The position numbers and the translations under genes were made by a program. A DNA stretch of 10,212 bases, taken from the IMG/VR virus record IMGVR_UViG_2698536672_000013; one strand, given 5' to 3'. Numbering within the stretch: the stretch's first letter is position 1; each line of letters begins with the position of its first letter. Under the pieces are notes generated by a model. The model made no database searches, was not told the origin of the DNA, and saw only the letters and a program-made list of their open reading frames with translations. This DNA comes from a virus. Taxonomy: Duplodnaviria; Heunggongvirae; Uroviricota; Caudoviricetes. Shown here one piece after another: positions 1 through 8,282 of this stretch.

Positions 1-486
1 TCATGCTGCCCTTACGATGTAATTAAACGCAATATTACGAGGACGAATGGTTACATAATTAACCCCATCACCTCGTGAAGGCCCTGCAAATGAAAAACAG
101 GAAAAGCCTGGTTGGTTAGAAACAATTTGGTCATAGTTATTGATTGAATGACCAGACCCAATGTCGAAATTACCTCCGTATTGAGAAAAACTTGTACCAT
201 CCTGTTCTGAAAGCAGGGTACGTCCCGCATCAATCCCGCGCCCATCATCCCAGCCACGAATAAACTCACCGCGTAAATCCAGCAGTTTCCCTGACGGGTA
301 TGCTTTGGCAAGGTTGGGATATTTCACTTTATCAAAGGCAGCACCATTGCATTTCAGCCAGCCGGTCGGCGGAGTAGTAGAAGGCCACGGAATCGGTACA
401 CCAACAGGCAATGCAGAGCCTTTCCCCAAACCAACGTTTTCGTCTTTATCCCTACCTATACCAACTATGTATTTTTCACGAAACAA
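1..486 (-). CDS. Phage tail fibre protein, variable C-terminal cassette; partial (continues past the left window edge) and apparently silent in this orientation
   Basis: The minus-strand frame is open from 486 to 1. The translation carries the tail-fibre junction motif shared by P2 H, Mu S, P1 S and lambda Stf (PVGVPIPWP...PTGWLKCNGAAF...YPNLAKAY...LDLRGEFIRGWDDGRGID). The frame opens with TTG, not ATG, has no Shine-Dalgarno, and begins right at the gix-like site, as expected for a cassette expressed only after fusion to a constant N-terminal part. Confidence 0.6.
   Translation of the reverse strand: MFREKYIVGIGRDKDENVGLGKGSALPVGVPIPWPSTTPPTGWLKCNGAAFDKVKYPNLAKAYPSGKLLDLRGEFIRGWDDGRGIDAGRTLLSEQDGTSFSQYGGNFDIGSGHSINNYDQIVSNQPGFSCFSFAGPSRGDGVNYVTIRPRNIAFNYIVRAA
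421..446. other. Candidate Gin/Hin-family inversion crossover site (gix/hix/cix-like, 26 bp)
   Basis: TTTCCCCAAACC-AA-CGTTTTCGTCTT: an imperfect dyad with the AAACC NN GTTT core typical of gix/hix sites as I recall them. It lies about 55 bp upstream of the invertase start and inside the tail-fibre reading frame, as in Mu G, P1 C and e14 P. The left half matches my remembered consensus well, the right half poorly. Confidence 0.45.
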
Positions 487-500
487 AGAGGATGTTTTTT

Positions 501-1100
501 ATGCAAATTGGCTATATTCGTGTGTCAACAAATGACCAGAACACGGATTTACAACGCAATGCACTGAACTGCGCAGGATGTGAACTGATTTTTGAAGATA
601 AAATCAGCGGAACGAAATCAGCCAGACCGGGATTGAAAAAACTGCTCAGAACGCTATCAGAAGGAGATACGCTGGTTGTCTGGAAGCTGGACAGACTGGG
701 CAGAAGTATGAAACACCTGATCACGCTTATTGAGGAATTGCGGGAAAAAGGTGTTAATTTCCGTAGTCTGACGGACAGCATTGACACATCAACACCCATG
801 GGGCGTTTCTTTTTTCACGTCATGGGGGCTTTAGCCGAAATGGAACGTGAATTAATTGTAGAGCGTACACTGGCCGGGCTGGCAGCAGCACGCGCACAAG
901 GACGCATTGGCGGACGTCGCCCGAAGTTGACAAAAGAACAACACGAGCAAATAGCGAGGCTGATTAAAAACGGTCATGACAGGAAACAACTGGCGATCAT
1001 TTACGACATCGGCATATCGACGATTTATCGTTATCACCCTGTAGGCGATATACAGGCTGAAGAAACAACCAGGCAGACTCAGGAAAATGAAAACCGCTAA
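501..1100 (+). CDS. Serine-recombinase DNA invertase (Gin/Hin/Pin/Cin family)
   Basis: The N-terminus MQIGYIRVSTNDQNTDLQ contains the catalytic serine motif. Further family hallmarks are LVVWKLDRLGRS, FFHVMGALAEMERELI.ERT and a C-terminal helix-turn-helix (KQLAIIYDIGISTIYRY). ATG 501 is preceded by AAGAGGA at 486-492. The ORF-track start at 411 is an in-frame upstream extension without an RBS. Confidence 0.93.
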   Translation: MQIGYIRVSTNDQNTDLQRNALNCAGCELIFEDKISGTKSARPGLKKLLRTLSEGDTLVVWKLDRLGRSMKHLITLIEELREKGVNFRSLTDSIDTSTPMGRFFFHVMGALAEMERELIVERTLAGLAAARAQGRIGGRRPKLTKEQHEQIARLIKNGHDRKQLAIIYDIGISTIYRYHPVGDIQAEETTRQTQENENR

Positions 1101-1126
1101 TCTGACCATTAGCGGTTTTGCGTTAA

Positions 1127-1621
1127 TCAAAACAGCCCTTTAACGGAGCTGGCCGCGCTGTTAAGGGATGATGTGACCTTATCTTTGAAGCCGGACAGCA
1201 TATCACTGAACGATGAGGATTGCAGGCGCTCCCGCAAATCCTCATCACAGCGTTCAAGAGTCAGTGAAAATTCTATCTTTTTCGCCTTACCGTAGCGATC
1301 AAACTCGGAGCGGGTCGTATTCGTTCCGGTCAGGACATACATGCCGTAAATCTGCCCGACACCATCAATCAGAGGCCAGGGGCGTCCTGTATATGCCTGC
1401 GTGGTCAGCAACGAAAGCGACACTTCGCCACCTGTAATTTCAGGATAAAGCACACCAGAAAGAACGATGCGATCATCGCCTGCCCCGATATACTGCCAGC
1501 TTGCTGAACGGTTAACGCGTTCATTTTTCACATGCCGCCAGCTTTTGTTTTGCTGTAACTGCTGATGCGGCAACGTGCGCAGCTCAAAAACAAACATGCC
1601 ATAGATCATCATCATGGCCAT
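1127..1621 (-). CDS. U: P2 gpU-like tail protein
   Basis: 164 aa. The N-terminus (M)MMIYGMFVFELRTLPHQQLQ...WRH resembles P2 gpU as I remember it. It sits immediately downstream of the tape-measure gene, with GAGGAG just upstream. Several Met codons (1621, 1615, 1612) could be the true start. Confidence 0.8.
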   Translation of the reverse strand: MAMMMIYGMFVFELRTLPHQQLQQNKSWRHVKNERVNRSASWQYIGAGDDRIVLSGVLYPEITGGEVSLSLLTTQAYTGRPWPLIDGVGQIYGMYVLTGTNTTRSEFDRYGKAKKIEFSLTLERCDEDLRERLQSSSFSDMLSGFKDKVTSSLNSAASSVKGLF

Positions 1622-1627
1622 GACTCC

Positions 1628-4444
1628 TCAATCTTTATCGTAAAAACTGCCACGCCCGGCACGGGCGCGCCGTTCCATCTCTGCCCTGACCATTTCACCG
1701 ACCAGTTTCGCCAGTTCGCGGGGATTCTGTGTAACAACGTTATGCAGATGAACATGAATTTCACCACCAAATCCGGAGGCAACAGGCTCCCGGTTACGGG
1801 AAGTTACAGGAACTGATGCCACTGGAGATCGTATGGCCTCCGCCACCGGGCGGGAGCTGGCCGCAACAACAGGGACCAGCGCCGGAGGCAGCGGAGCCGG
1901 GACCACGGGTGTGATATTAATTGCGGGGGCAGGCTTACTGGCCTGCGCAATCTTCCGCTCCTGCCACTCCCCACGAACAGCAAGTGCTCGGGGCAGGTTT
2001 TTAAAGACAATATCGCCGGGGCCAATGCGTTTTTTCGTCTCCTCAACCAGCTTACCTGTGTTATCAGCAATTTTGCTGAGTCTGCGTAGCGTCCCGGTAT
2101 TGCTGTCTGTGAGCGGTTTGTTGTCTTTGGGTTTATCACCTCCGGTGCCATTGCCATTTTCCACAGGCTTCGGCGGATTGATTTTCGCCAGGTCCCCTTG
2201 AAGTAAGGCAACCTTGTCCTGAAGAATGGCCGCACGCTGTGCGTCTTCGATTTTCTTTCTCGCCCTTTCCGCTTCATCCGGAAGCACACCGAGTTTTTCA
2301 AGTATCCACGCCAGCGTATCCAGTAGCATTTTTGCAGGTGTCAGAACAAGTTGTAACGCACCGCCAAGAACGTTACCGAATATCTCGCCAGCACTGGTAC
2401 ATTTATCCAGCGTTTCCTTGCTGGACTCCATCGGTGACAGCAGCGATTTAAACCAGTTAAACACCTGGCTGATCCCGCTTCCGATTGCGTCAAAAACAGG
2501 GCCAAACCGTTCAAAGGTTTCACGCAACGGGTTCAGCCTTTCCATAATCCCGCTGAACACCCCGGCAAAAAATGCCCTGATGGGATCCCAGTATTTCCAG
2601 ATAAGAACGGCAGCGCCGGCAAGCGCAGCCACGATAAGACTAACCGGACTGAACAGCGCCCCGATAGCTCCTCCCAGCAAAGAAACAGAACCCGTCACCA
2701 TTCCCCACAGCGCAGGCAACACCCTGATGACATTCATTGACCGGGTAAGAATGTCGAAACCAAGACGCAAGGTGGCCAGCTTCCCGTAAAGCACCCCAAT
2801 AACCAGCGACAACGAGCCAATCGTTGCAGTCATTGCCAGCAACGCACCGCCTGCTATCAGTAGCTGGCGCGTCAGTACCGGATGGGCCTGCGCCAGCGAG
2901 GTGATTTTTTCAAGCACCCGCGTGAGCCACTGCGTGACAGAACGCAGCGGACCGTCAACCAGATCACTGATGCGAATACGAAGACCTTCCCATGCGCTGT
3001 CGAGATTTTTCAGGTCTCCATCAAGATTATCGGCCATTACTTTTGCAACGCGATCGGCCTCTCCCCTTGCCCCCTGCAATTCTCTGGTCAGTTTTTGCAG
3101 TTCTCCTGAACCAGCCGCCGCAACAAGCGTCTGCAAACCAACGAACGCCTCTTCTCCGGCGATGTCCTTGAAGAAGGAGACCTGGTCCACCTGTCCGTAT
3201 TTTTGTGTCGCCTTATAGAGATCAAGCAGCACATCCTCCATCGGGCGCATTTTGCCTCTGGCGTCAGCAACTGACACCCCCAGCTCTTTCAGTGCATCAG
3301 CCGCAGCTTTTGGCGGTGATGCAAGGCGGGACAGACTTGCGCGCATGGCCGTACCAGCATCGCTTCCGCGAAGACCATTATTGGCAAGCATCCCGGCCAT
3401 GGCCGCCGCTTCTTCAAGACTGATACCAAGTTTTGCGGCAACCGGACCGGTATACTTCATGGTTTCGCCCAGCGCGCGTAAATCAGTATTGGTCCGGGTG
3501 AATGCTGCTGTCAGCGTATCGCCAACCCGGTCCATTTGATCGGCTGTCAGGTTGAACTGTGTGAGGATATTGGAGCCTATATCAGCCGTCTCGCCGAGTT
3601 CGACGCCACCTGCCAGCGCCATATTAAGAACACCGGGCAATGCGGCCTGAATGGCCTGCGGAGTAAAACCAGCCATTGCCAGAAAGCTCTGCCCACTGGC
3701 GGCATCACTCGCAGTAAACTGTGTTTCAGAACCAAGTTTTAACGCCTGCTCACGCAGCGCCTTAAACTGCGGGCTGTTTTTGTCGATTCGCGTCAGTGCC
3801 TGAACGCGGGACATCTCTTTGCCGAACCCGATCGCAGGCTGCAAAAAACGCCCGGCAGCATAGCCGCCAGCCGCTGCCGCACCAATTGCCAGCGCACCAC
3901 CTGTTTTCAGTTTTCCCGCGGTTTCCTGCGCGCGCGAATACCGCTCACGCGCCCGCGTTACACGCGCAAGCGCCTGCCGTTCGCGTTCAAGCTGGTTGTT
4001 GTACTGTTCGGTGCGTCTGATGGCCTGCTGGATGGTGTTATCGCTGCCTGTCAGGGAAATGCCGTGGCGTTTCAGCTCTCCGCCAAGTTCCCGCATTTTC
4101 TGAATTTCCCGTGTGCGCGATTCATTCAGGCGTTCAAGCCGGGTGCTTAACTGCTGCATCAGCTTTTGTTGTTTTTCGCTGAGCACTGTACCCGTGCGTT
4201 GTAACTGATTAAGGGCGTTAAGCTGGCGTCGTGCTTTCACGATGCCCGCATCCGCTTTACTGACAGCGTCACGGGCGCGCTCAAATGAACGCGCCTGACG
4301 CTCGAGATTTTTGATCGCCCCCTGCGTTCGCTGGATGGAGTCACCAAACTGCCCCATCAGGCGGCGGGCGTTTTCGGCAGGCCGGGTCAGCCTGTCAACG
4401 GCGCTGAAAGCGACCCGGATATCAAGAGTCTTCATTGTCTGCAT
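1628..4444 (-). CDS. T: Phage tail tape-measure protein (P2 gpT-like)
   Basis: 938 aa. The N-terminal half is Ala/Arg/Gln/Leu-rich and looks coiled-coil; the middle has long hydrophobic Gly/Ala-rich stretches (LLIAGGALLAMTATIGSLSLVIGVL...). Its position after E/E' and before U matches the conserved order. Confidence 0.88.
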   Translation of the reverse strand: MQTMKTLDIRVAFSAVDRLTRPAENARRLMGQFGDSIQRTQGAIKNLERQARSFERARDAVSKADAGIVKARRQLNALNQLQRTGTVLSEKQQKLMQQLSTRLERLNESRTREIQKMRELGGELKRHGISLTGSDNTIQQAIRRTEQYNNQLERERQALARVTRARERYSRAQETAGKLKTGGALAIGAAAAGGYAAGRFLQPAIGFGKEMSRVQALTRIDKNSPQFKALREQALKLGSETQFTASDAASGQSFLAMAGFTPQAIQAALPGVLNMALAGGVELGETADIGSNILTQFNLTADQMDRVGDTLTAAFTRTNTDLRALGETMKYTGPVAAKLGISLEEAAAMAGMLANNGLRGSDAGTAMRASLSRLASPPKAAADALKELGVSVADARGKMRPMEDVLLDLYKATQKYGQVDQVSFFKDIAGEEAFVGLQTLVAAAGSGELQKLTRELQGARGEADRVAKVMADNLDGDLKNLDSAWEGLRIRISDLVDGPLRSVTQWLTRVLEKITSLAQAHPVLTRQLLIAGGALLAMTATIGSLSLVIGVLYGKLATLRLGFDILTRSMNVIRVLPALWGMVTGSVSLLGGAIGALFSPVSLIVAALAGAAVLIWKYWDPIRAFFAGVFSGIMERLNPLRETFERFGPVFDAIGSGISQVFNWFKSLLSPMESSKETLDKCTSAGEIFGNVLGGALQLVLTPAKMLLDTLAWILEKLGVLPDEAERARKKIEDAQRAAILQDKVALLQGDLAKINPPKPVENGNGTGGDKPKDNKPLTDSNTGTLRRLSKIADNTGKLVEETKKRIGPGDIVFKNLPRALAVRGEWQERKIAQASKPAPAINITPVVPAPLPPALVPVVAASSRPVAEAIRSPVASVPVTSRNREPVASGFGGEIHVHLHNVVTQNPRELAKLVGEMVRAEMERRARAGRGSFYDKD

Positions 4445-4960
4445 TCCCGCTGCGAAGTGCCGCCCGCTCGCGCCAGCTAACCACTTCGCCGGGCGTCATC
4501 ATGAAGATTTCGGCGGGCGACCAGTTAAAAATGGCGGCAATATCCGCCACCAGATCTTCGATGTGCTCAAAGCACACCAGGGTGATTACGCTGCCGTCTC
4601 CTGCACGCTCTTCGCGCCAGAGTCTGGCTCGCTCATAAAATTTACAGCCACAGCGCACAACTGAATAAAATCGCGTGACGACATTTTTTTAATCATCACT
4701 TCATCCAGTCGTGGCGAGGTCACGCGAGGCAACAGCGTGAACATGGTATCCGCTTTCAGATTCAGCACATCAGACAGAGACAGACCACGCAGGGATCCAG
4801 CCTGTTCAATAGCCCCGGTGATCTCCACATATGTGATTTTTTCGGCACCACGCTCAATTGGCCGGGAAAGTTTTACACCACGTTCGACAGCCATATCCTC
4901 ACCTGACGTCACATCATCCGCTACGGTGTTATTCCGGGTTTCAGTATCGATATCTTTCAT
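4422..4960 (-). CDS. E+E' tail assembly chaperone made by programmed -1 ribosomal frameshift (E N-terminus joined to the E' frame)
   Basis: The E frame contains ATT AAA AAA ATG (A7 run at 4684-4690, minus-strand sense). The -1 frame is open from 4688 to a stop at 4422-4424 and overlaps the T start. This matches the conserved frameshift in the chaperone pair upstream of the tape-measure gene (lambda G/GT, P2 E/E'). Confidence 0.5.
4586..4960 (-). CDS. E: Tail assembly chaperone (P2 gpE-like)
   Basis: 124 aa, acidic, located between the tube and tape-measure genes. AAGGAG lies 7 nt upstream of ATG 4960. Confidence 0.8.
   Translation of the reverse strand: MKDIDTETRNNTVADDVTSGEDMAVERGVKLSRPIERGAEKITYVEITGAIEQAGSLRGLSLSDVLNLKADTMFTLLPRVTSPRLDEVMIKKMSSRDFIQLCAVAVNFMSEPDSGAKSVQETAA
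4684..4690 (-). other. Candidate slippery site (A7) for the E/E' -1 frameshift
   Basis: Seven consecutive A on the coding (minus) strand, at the point where the -1 frame becomes open, directly after a TAA in that frame. Confidence 0.45.
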
Positions 4961-5015
4961 CAGTTGTCTCCTTTTCAGTCAGAGGCGACGCACTGCGCCG
5001 CCTGCATATTACTTA

Positions 5016-5528
5016 TCAGCCAAGCCCAAGCGCGGAACGAATGCGGTCAGGCACAATGTCCTTGCCGTCCTTCCGGTAGATGTGGTTCAACAGGTCGATT
5101 TCCCACAGCGGGCGATCGTTAACGCTCAGCTTGTAGTAGGTGTTTTTGACAGCGTAAGTGTGTGATGTGGCTTCGCCCTGTTTGGCCTCCCCCATATCAA
5201 TTTCCGTCACACGCCCGCGCATCTCGATTTCATACAGATCGCTTTCTGCATCGGTGTAGTATTCACCCGCAAAACGCAGCAGCGTGCCGTCAATCGTGCC
5301 GCCATATTTAAGGAACAGCGCACGAACAGCTCCCCCCATGACAAAACTCGCATCAAGCGCGGAGTCGTCCAGACCGAGATCAATACTTACCGCCCCCATC
5401 ATGCCACCACCACGATAGCTGTCGGTTTTGCGCGTCAGTTTGGGTGGCGTGACGGACGTCACCTTACCCACTTCGTTTTCACCATCCACAAACAGCGTAA
5501 AAAAGCGAAGATGTTTTGGTACAGCCAT
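5016..5528 (-). CDS. FII: Contractile tail tube protein (P2 FII-like)
   Basis: 170 aa. MAVPKHLRFF...SVTPPKLTRKTDSYRGGGMMG...LRFAGEY...EIEMRGRVTEIDMGEAKQGE resembles P2 FII. The start overlaps the FI stop (TGATG). Confidence 0.9.
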   Translation of the reverse strand: MAVPKHLRFFTLFVDGENEVGKVTSVTPPKLTRKTDSYRGGGMMGAVSIDLGLDDSALDASFVMGGAVRALFLKYGGTIDGTLLRFAGEYYTDAESDLYEIEMRGRVTEIDMGEAKQGEATSHTYAVKNTYYKLSVNDRPLWEIDLLNHIYRKDGKDIVPDRIRSALGLG

Positions 5529-6712
5529 CAGGCACCTCCCAGCACCGCAAATGCGGGACCAAAGAATTCATCAGTAAACGACTGGTAAAGCTCCATGTCT
5601 TCCAGCGGCGGAACGGGCGTATATTTGTAGCGAATACGCACACGCCCCTGACGTAAATTCATGGTGCTGTTATCCACGATGTCATACCAGCACTCCGCGC
5701 CAATCAGTTTCCCGGCAGTAACCAGTGAATCCAGTTTTGCCCTGATGGCACTGATAACATCCTTCACGTTCGCAGGCGTCAGTGGACTGTCGATGGTTTC
5801 AAACTGCGCTTCCGCAATTGAATCAGCCAGCACCTGTGCGGTTCGGGTATACACCTCAAAGATGTAGGCGTTCGTTTCCGGTGTGCGGTTGCCCCAGAAG
5901 CGGAGCCCGTTGCGACGAATAATGGTCGTGATTTCTTTGTTGTTGAGGCTGTTGGCATCGCTGTCTTCGGCCTGCAACGACCAGAACACATGCCTGGACA
6001 TCCCCAGCACATTTTTAACCGGAACGTTGGACAGTGATTTGTGCCATCCCTGCTCATGGTCAATGTACGCACGAAGGCCGCACGCATAGGCAGGCGCGGG
6101 GAACGTTTCGTTTTTGCCACTTTTCGGGTTGTAGGCGATGAAGTCAGGCCATAAGAGCATCACCTCACGTTCGTTGAATTTCTGGCGGTAGGTAATCGCC
6201 TCAGCCATCGTGTTACAACCATGACATGCGGCATACACAAACGCGCGCAGTTTACCCGCAATCACGCACAGGGATTTTGTCACCGCCTCCGTGTCCAGCT
6301 CCGGCGCGGCCAGAATACGCGGACGGTATCCGATGCTTTCATCCTGCTCTGCAACAAGCAGCGCATACATCCCCGTATAGCTGCCGTCAGATTCAGAACC
6401 ACCGATAACCAGTTGATCCTGCGTCTTTCCGTTTTCTTCTTTGTGTTCAGCCACGCGAACGACGATCACCTTTGTGCTCACCTGGTCTGCGATGGCCTTA
6501 AGCGCACGATAAAGCGTCCCCGTTGTCCCGCATTTTCCCAGCACGTCATTGACGCGGGTCAGCAGTGTGGGCTTGTTCAGCGGGAACAGCTTCGCGTCCG
6601 CATCATCCGCCGTTGCCACGATACCGATAACGCTGGAATCAACATCGTTAATCGCTGTTACCAGGTCGGTACTTTCCGTAACACGGGCACCATGAAAACG
6701 AGTTTCACTCAT
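5528..6712 (-). CDS. FI: Contractile tail sheath protein (P2 FI-like)
   Basis: 394 aa. The N-terminus (...ATADDADAKLFPLNKPTLLTRVNDV...GTLYRALKAIADQ) and the length match P2 FI as I remember it. AAGGGG lies 8 nt upstream of ATG 6712. Confidence 0.92.
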   Translation of the reverse strand: MSETRFHGARVTESTDLVTAINDVDSSVIGIVATADDADAKLFPLNKPTLLTRVNDVLGKCGTTGTLYRALKAIADQVSTKVIVVRVAEHKEENGKTQDQLVIGGSESDGSYTGMYALLVAEQDESIGYRPRILAAPELDTEAVTKSLCVIAGKLRAFVYAACHGCNTMAEAITYRQKFNEREVMLLWPDFIAYNPKSGKNETFPAPAYACGLRAYIDHEQGWHKSLSNVPVKNVLGMSRHVFWSLQAEDSDANSLNNKEITTIIRRNGLRFWGNRTPETNAYIFEVYTRTAQVLADSIAEAQFETIDSPLTPANVKDVISAIRAKLDSLVTAGKLIGAECWYDIVDNSTMNLRQGRVRIRYKYTPVPPLEDMELYQSFTDEFFGPAFAVLGGA

Positions 6713-6869
6713 AGCTTCAGCCCCTTGTATCCGTTAAATGATTCGGCAACAATCATCACCCACCACGCGCGTAATCTCACCCCTGCGCCGTTCTCCCGCC
6801 ACGGCGACAACAAAAAGCAGTAACCCCCTCCGCACGCACATGCGACCATGCCGCACAGGGAGGGAGCAG

Positions 6870-7979
6870 ATGACCGACACCACCATGCAATTGCTCAGTC
6901 AGGGCACAGACCCCGTAAAAATGCCGGATTTTGATATTCTCGCGGAGGGTAAAACGCTGTCAGGCGTGGCAGAGCGCCTGATGAGCCTGTCACTGACCGA
7001 CAACCGGGGATTTGACGCGGACCAGCTCACCATCACGCTGGATGATGCGGATGGTCAGTTGCAGCTACCGCCACGGGGCGCGCGCCTGACGGTTCTCATT
7101 GGCTGGAAAGGAGAACCGCTGACAGAAAAAGGCACTTACATTGTTGATGAAATCGCTCACGAAGGACCGCCGGACAGGCTGACTGTTTCAGCCAGAAGCG
7201 CAGATTTTCGGGATGAATTTAACGTTAAACGTGAGGTGTCCTGGCATGATGTGACCGTTGAGCGTGTGGTATCCGCCATCGCTCATCGGTACGGTCTGAA
7301 ACCGCAAATCAGCGAAATGCTGATGGATATCGAAATCGACCACGCCGACCAGACCGAAGAAAGCGACATGTCCTTTCTTACGCGCATGGCGGAAATGCTG
7401 GGCGCAATCACCACGGTAAAAAGCGGTAATCTGTTATTCATTATGCCAGGCGGTGGCGTGAACGCACAGGGCCAGCCGTTGCCCTCGTTCGCCATCACGC
7501 GCGGCAGTGGCGATCGCCATCAGTTCCGCATTGCTGACCGCGAAGCGTATACGGGGGTACGCGCTTACTGGCTTGATCTTAATTACGGGAAAAAGAAAAA
7601 AGTCAGCGTGAAACGCCGTAAACCGCCAAAACCCAAAAAGGAGAAAAGCAGCAGCCGTGAAGGTGATTATATGGAAGGCGCGGAAGGCAATGTGTTTGTG
7701 TTACGCAAGACTTATCAGAACGAGCAGGCAGCAAGACGCGCAGCGGCGGCAAAGTGGCAGCAGCTACAACGCGGAGCCGCATCATTCTCCATCACGCTGG
7801 CATGTGGTCGTGCAGAACTCTACCCCGAAATGCATGGCACGGTAACAGGATTTAAAAGCGAGATTGATAATCAGGACTGGATTATTGCAAAAGCCGAGCA
7901 CACCATCGATAACAGCGGCTTTACCACGCAGCTTGAGCTTGAGGCAAAAATCCCGGAATGGATAGCAGAAACAGAGTGA
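6870..7979 (+). CDS. D: P2 gpD-like tail protein (late gene D)
   Basis: LSLTDNRGFDADQL, SARSADFR, SWHD, FLTRMAE, a Lys/Pro-rich linker (KKKKVSVKRRKPPKPKKEK) and the C-terminal block FSITLACGRAELYPE...GFTTQLELE match the gpD pattern. GGGAGGGAG precedes ATG 6870. The ORF-track start at 6738 is an unlikely upstream extension; ATG 6885 is an alternative start. Confidence 0.85.
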   Translation: MTDTTMQLLSQGTDPVKMPDFDILAEGKTLSGVAERLMSLSLTDNRGFDADQLTITLDDADGQLQLPPRGARLTVLIGWKGEPLTEKGTYIVDEIAHEGPPDRLTVSARSADFRDEFNVKREVSWHDVTVERVVSAIAHRYGLKPQISEMLMDIEIDHADQTEESDMSFLTRMAEMLGAITTVKSGNLLFIMPGGGVNAQGQPLPSFAITRGSGDRHQFRIADREAYTGVRAYWLDLNYGKKKKVSVKRRKPPKPKKEKSSSREGDYMEGAEGNVFVLRKTYQNEQAARRAAAAKWQQLQRGAASFSITLACGRAELYPEMHGTVTGFKSEIDNQDWIIAKAEHTIDNSGFTTQLELEAKIPEWIAETE

Positions 7980-8021
7980 GCAACTTAGAATAGCAGCAGC
8001 ACCACGTTAAGGGAGGTCGCT

Positions 8022-8282
8022 ATGTTCCGTTGTCCGCTTTGTGGCGCATCTGCCCGTATCCGCACCAGTCGTCCGGAAAATGATTCAAACACCGTGCGGC
8101 AAAAGTATTACCAGTGTAACAACCTGGAATGCGGCGTATGCTTCTCAACACTGGAAGCTTTCCATAAATTCACATCAAAACACACCTCCGGCGTTCACTC
8201 TTCAGAAGGTATCCCGTGGCATGAGCTGCCAGCTTCACACAGGGGAAACAATCAGATGAGTTTGCCTTTACCTCAGAATTAA
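8022..8282 (+). CDS. ogr: Ogr/Delta-family zinc-finger late transcription activator
   Basis: MFRCPLCGASARIRTSR...YYQCNNLECG gives the C-x2-C...C-x4-C pattern and N-terminal similarity to P2 Ogr (MFHCPLC...). AAGGGAGG precedes ATG 8022. At 86 aa it is longer than P2 Ogr (72 aa). Confidence 0.88.
   Translation: MFRCPLCGASARIRTSRPENDSNTVRQKYYQCNNLECGVCFSTLEAFHKFTSKHTSGVHSSEGIPWHELPASHRGNNQMSLPLPQN

Noticed and set aside
411-500. Upstream in-frame extension of the invertase ORF (MQSLSPNQRF...)
   Set aside because: It has no RBS, would overlap the crossover site, and the conserved family N-terminus MxIGYxRVST begins at ATG 501, which has a good Shine-Dalgarno.
305-1130. ORFs 305..535 +, 512..799 - and 852..1130 -
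   Set aside because: They overlap the tail-fibre cassette or the invertase in alternate frames or antisense and have no supporting signals.
1804-2789. ORFs antisense to or out of frame with the tape-measure gene (1833..2201 +, 2226..2789 +, 1804..2301 -)
   Set aside because: They lie wholly inside the 938 aa tape-measure ORF, give Ser/Pro/Arg-rich translations typical of alternate frames of GC-rich coding DNA, and have no RBS.
5661-6823. ORFs inside or antisense to the sheath gene (5779..6120 -, 5661..5867 +, 5883..6089 +, 6221..6823 +)
   Set aside because: They are embedded in the well-supported FI ORF and show no recognisable domains or start signals.
6738-6869. Upstream extension of the D ORF (MIRQQSSPTTRV...)
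   Set aside because: The stretch is Pro/Arg/Thr/Ser-rich and low-complexity, has no RBS, and would overlap the FI promoter region. A strong GGGAGG RBS precedes ATG 6870.
6713-6869. A second gix-like site at the FI/D junction that could explain inversion of the FI-U block
   Set aside because: No AAACC NN GGTTT-type dyad is present there, and the junction at 1101-1126 does not match it in reverse complement either.
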